Shown here one piece after another: positions 63,320 through 64,000 of a stretch of DNA of 64,000 nt (positions are counted from its first letter, which is position 1; each line of letters begins with the position of its first letter). The translations under genes were made by a program, and so were the position numbers. Source of the DNA: an uncultured Oscillospiraceae bacterium (lineage in GTDB: Bacteria > Bacillota > Clostridia > Oscillospirales > Ruminococcaceae); NCBI GenBank assembly GCA_964370195.1, contig CAYJIH010000001.1, positions 92,621 through 156,620 of the forward strand, in the 5' to 3' direction. A model generated the notes under the pieces. The model worked only from the letters and a program-made list of their open reading frames with translations, searched no databases and was not told the DNA's origin.

Positions 63320-64000
63320 TTGTCGTACGACAAAATTATTATAGGTGCTGGGCTTTATGGGTTATATGCTGCGCGTTTTTGTGGCCGAAATGGCCAGCGT
63401 GTGCTTGTTTTAGAGCGTGATTCGGCACCGTTTATGCGTGCAACCACCATAAACCAAGCACGTGTACATATGGGGTATCATTACCCGCGTTCTTTAAGCA
63501 CTGCAAAACGCAGTGCAGATTATTTTAATCGATTTAATGAAGAATTTTCTGAGTGCATTCATTCGTCGTTTGAAAAAGTGTATGCTACAAGCAAACAGTT
63601 TAGCTGGACGAATGCCGAGGCGTTTGTAAAGTTTTGCAAGGCGGCTGATATACGCTGCGAGGAACTGCCTGTAGGTCGATATTTTAAGCCCGGTGTTTGC
63701 GATGGCGCATTTCTAACAACAGAATACACATACGATGCCGCCGTTTTGCGGCATCGTATGCTGGAAGATATTGCGGTTTTGCCAAGCGTGCAAATGCGTT
63801 TTTTGGAAGAGGTGCAAAGCATTCGGCAAGAGGGCGATGTGTATGTTGTGCAAACATCGGCAGATAGAACAGAACAGGCACCGTTTGTATTGAATGCCAG
63901 TTATGCCAGTGTAAACGAAGTGTCGTCTATGGCGGGGTTTGACCCATTTCGTATTAAGTATGAGCTTTGCGAATTGATTTTGTGTGATGTAGAAGAACCG
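63320..64000 (+). CDS. FAD-dependent oxidoreductase, N-terminal part (3' end outside window)
   Basis: This ORF is not in the supplied track because it has no stop. I translated the frame from TTG 63320 by hand to the window end and found no stop. It begins LSYDKIIIGAGLYGLYAARFCGRNGQRVLVLER, the GxGxxG(x)17E dinucleotide-binding motif. AAAGGGGA lies upstream. Confidence 0.75.
   Translation, partial: MSYDKIIIGAGLYGLYAARFCGRNGQRVLVLERDSAPFMRATTINQARVHMGYHYPRSLSTAKRSADYFNRFNEEFSECIHSSFEKVYATSKQFSWTNAEAFVKFCKAADIRCEELPVGRYFKPGVCDGAFLTTEYTYDAAVLRHRMLEDIAVLPSVQMRFLEEVQSIRQEGDVYVVQTSADRTEQAPFVLNASYASVNEVSSMAGFDPFRIKYELCELILCDVEEP

Overview
This window looks like a chromosomal segment from a Firmicutes/Clostridia-type bacterium. 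That is inferred from gene content, strong GGAGG-type ribosome-binding sites and frequent GTG/TTG starts, and the taxonomy is not proven. It is mostly core housekeeping. I support 62 protein-coding genes (two truncated by the window edges), one tRNA(CAU), one THF riboswitch, several sigma-A-like promoters and about a dozen rho-independent terminators.

Recognisable blocks:
- rfbB (3' part), proB-proA, cold-shock gene, rsmA, an M23 peptidase, asnS-mutY, citrate synthase.
- THF riboswitch-folT, xth, nnrD, an S9 peptidase.
- A folate block, fchA-folD-folC.
- A long plus-strand run of conserved operons: infC-rpmI-rplT, trmH-like, dprA-topA-trmFO, plsX-rnc-smc-ftsY, and rdgB-yhbY-nadD-yqeK-(LCP x2)-rsfS-leuS.
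- An envelope/glycan region: HAD, a GtrB-like GT2, a PBP5-type carboxypeptidase, then an SDR-like / TIM-barrel / GT2 / FAD-oxidoreductase operon that runs off the 3' edge.

I saw no CRISPR array, transposase, integrase or prophage genes.

Candidates for undescribed biology, all hypotheses from sequence reading only:
1. A self-contained UbiD-UbiX-alcohol dehydrogenase-aldehyde dehydrogenase cassette with its own promoter, an inverted repeat next to the -35 and a terminator.
2. The SDR-like/TIM-barrel/GT2/FAD-oxidoreductase operon next to a polyprenyl-phosphate-type GT2.
3. A DprA carrying a roughly 340-residue low-complexity, proline-rich insertion.
4. A C39-like protein that appears to lack the catalytic cysteine.
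5. Tandem LCP paralogues with long P/Q-rich tails inserted in the nadD-rsfS operon.

No database search or computation was run. All family calls come from recognised motifs in the supplied translations.
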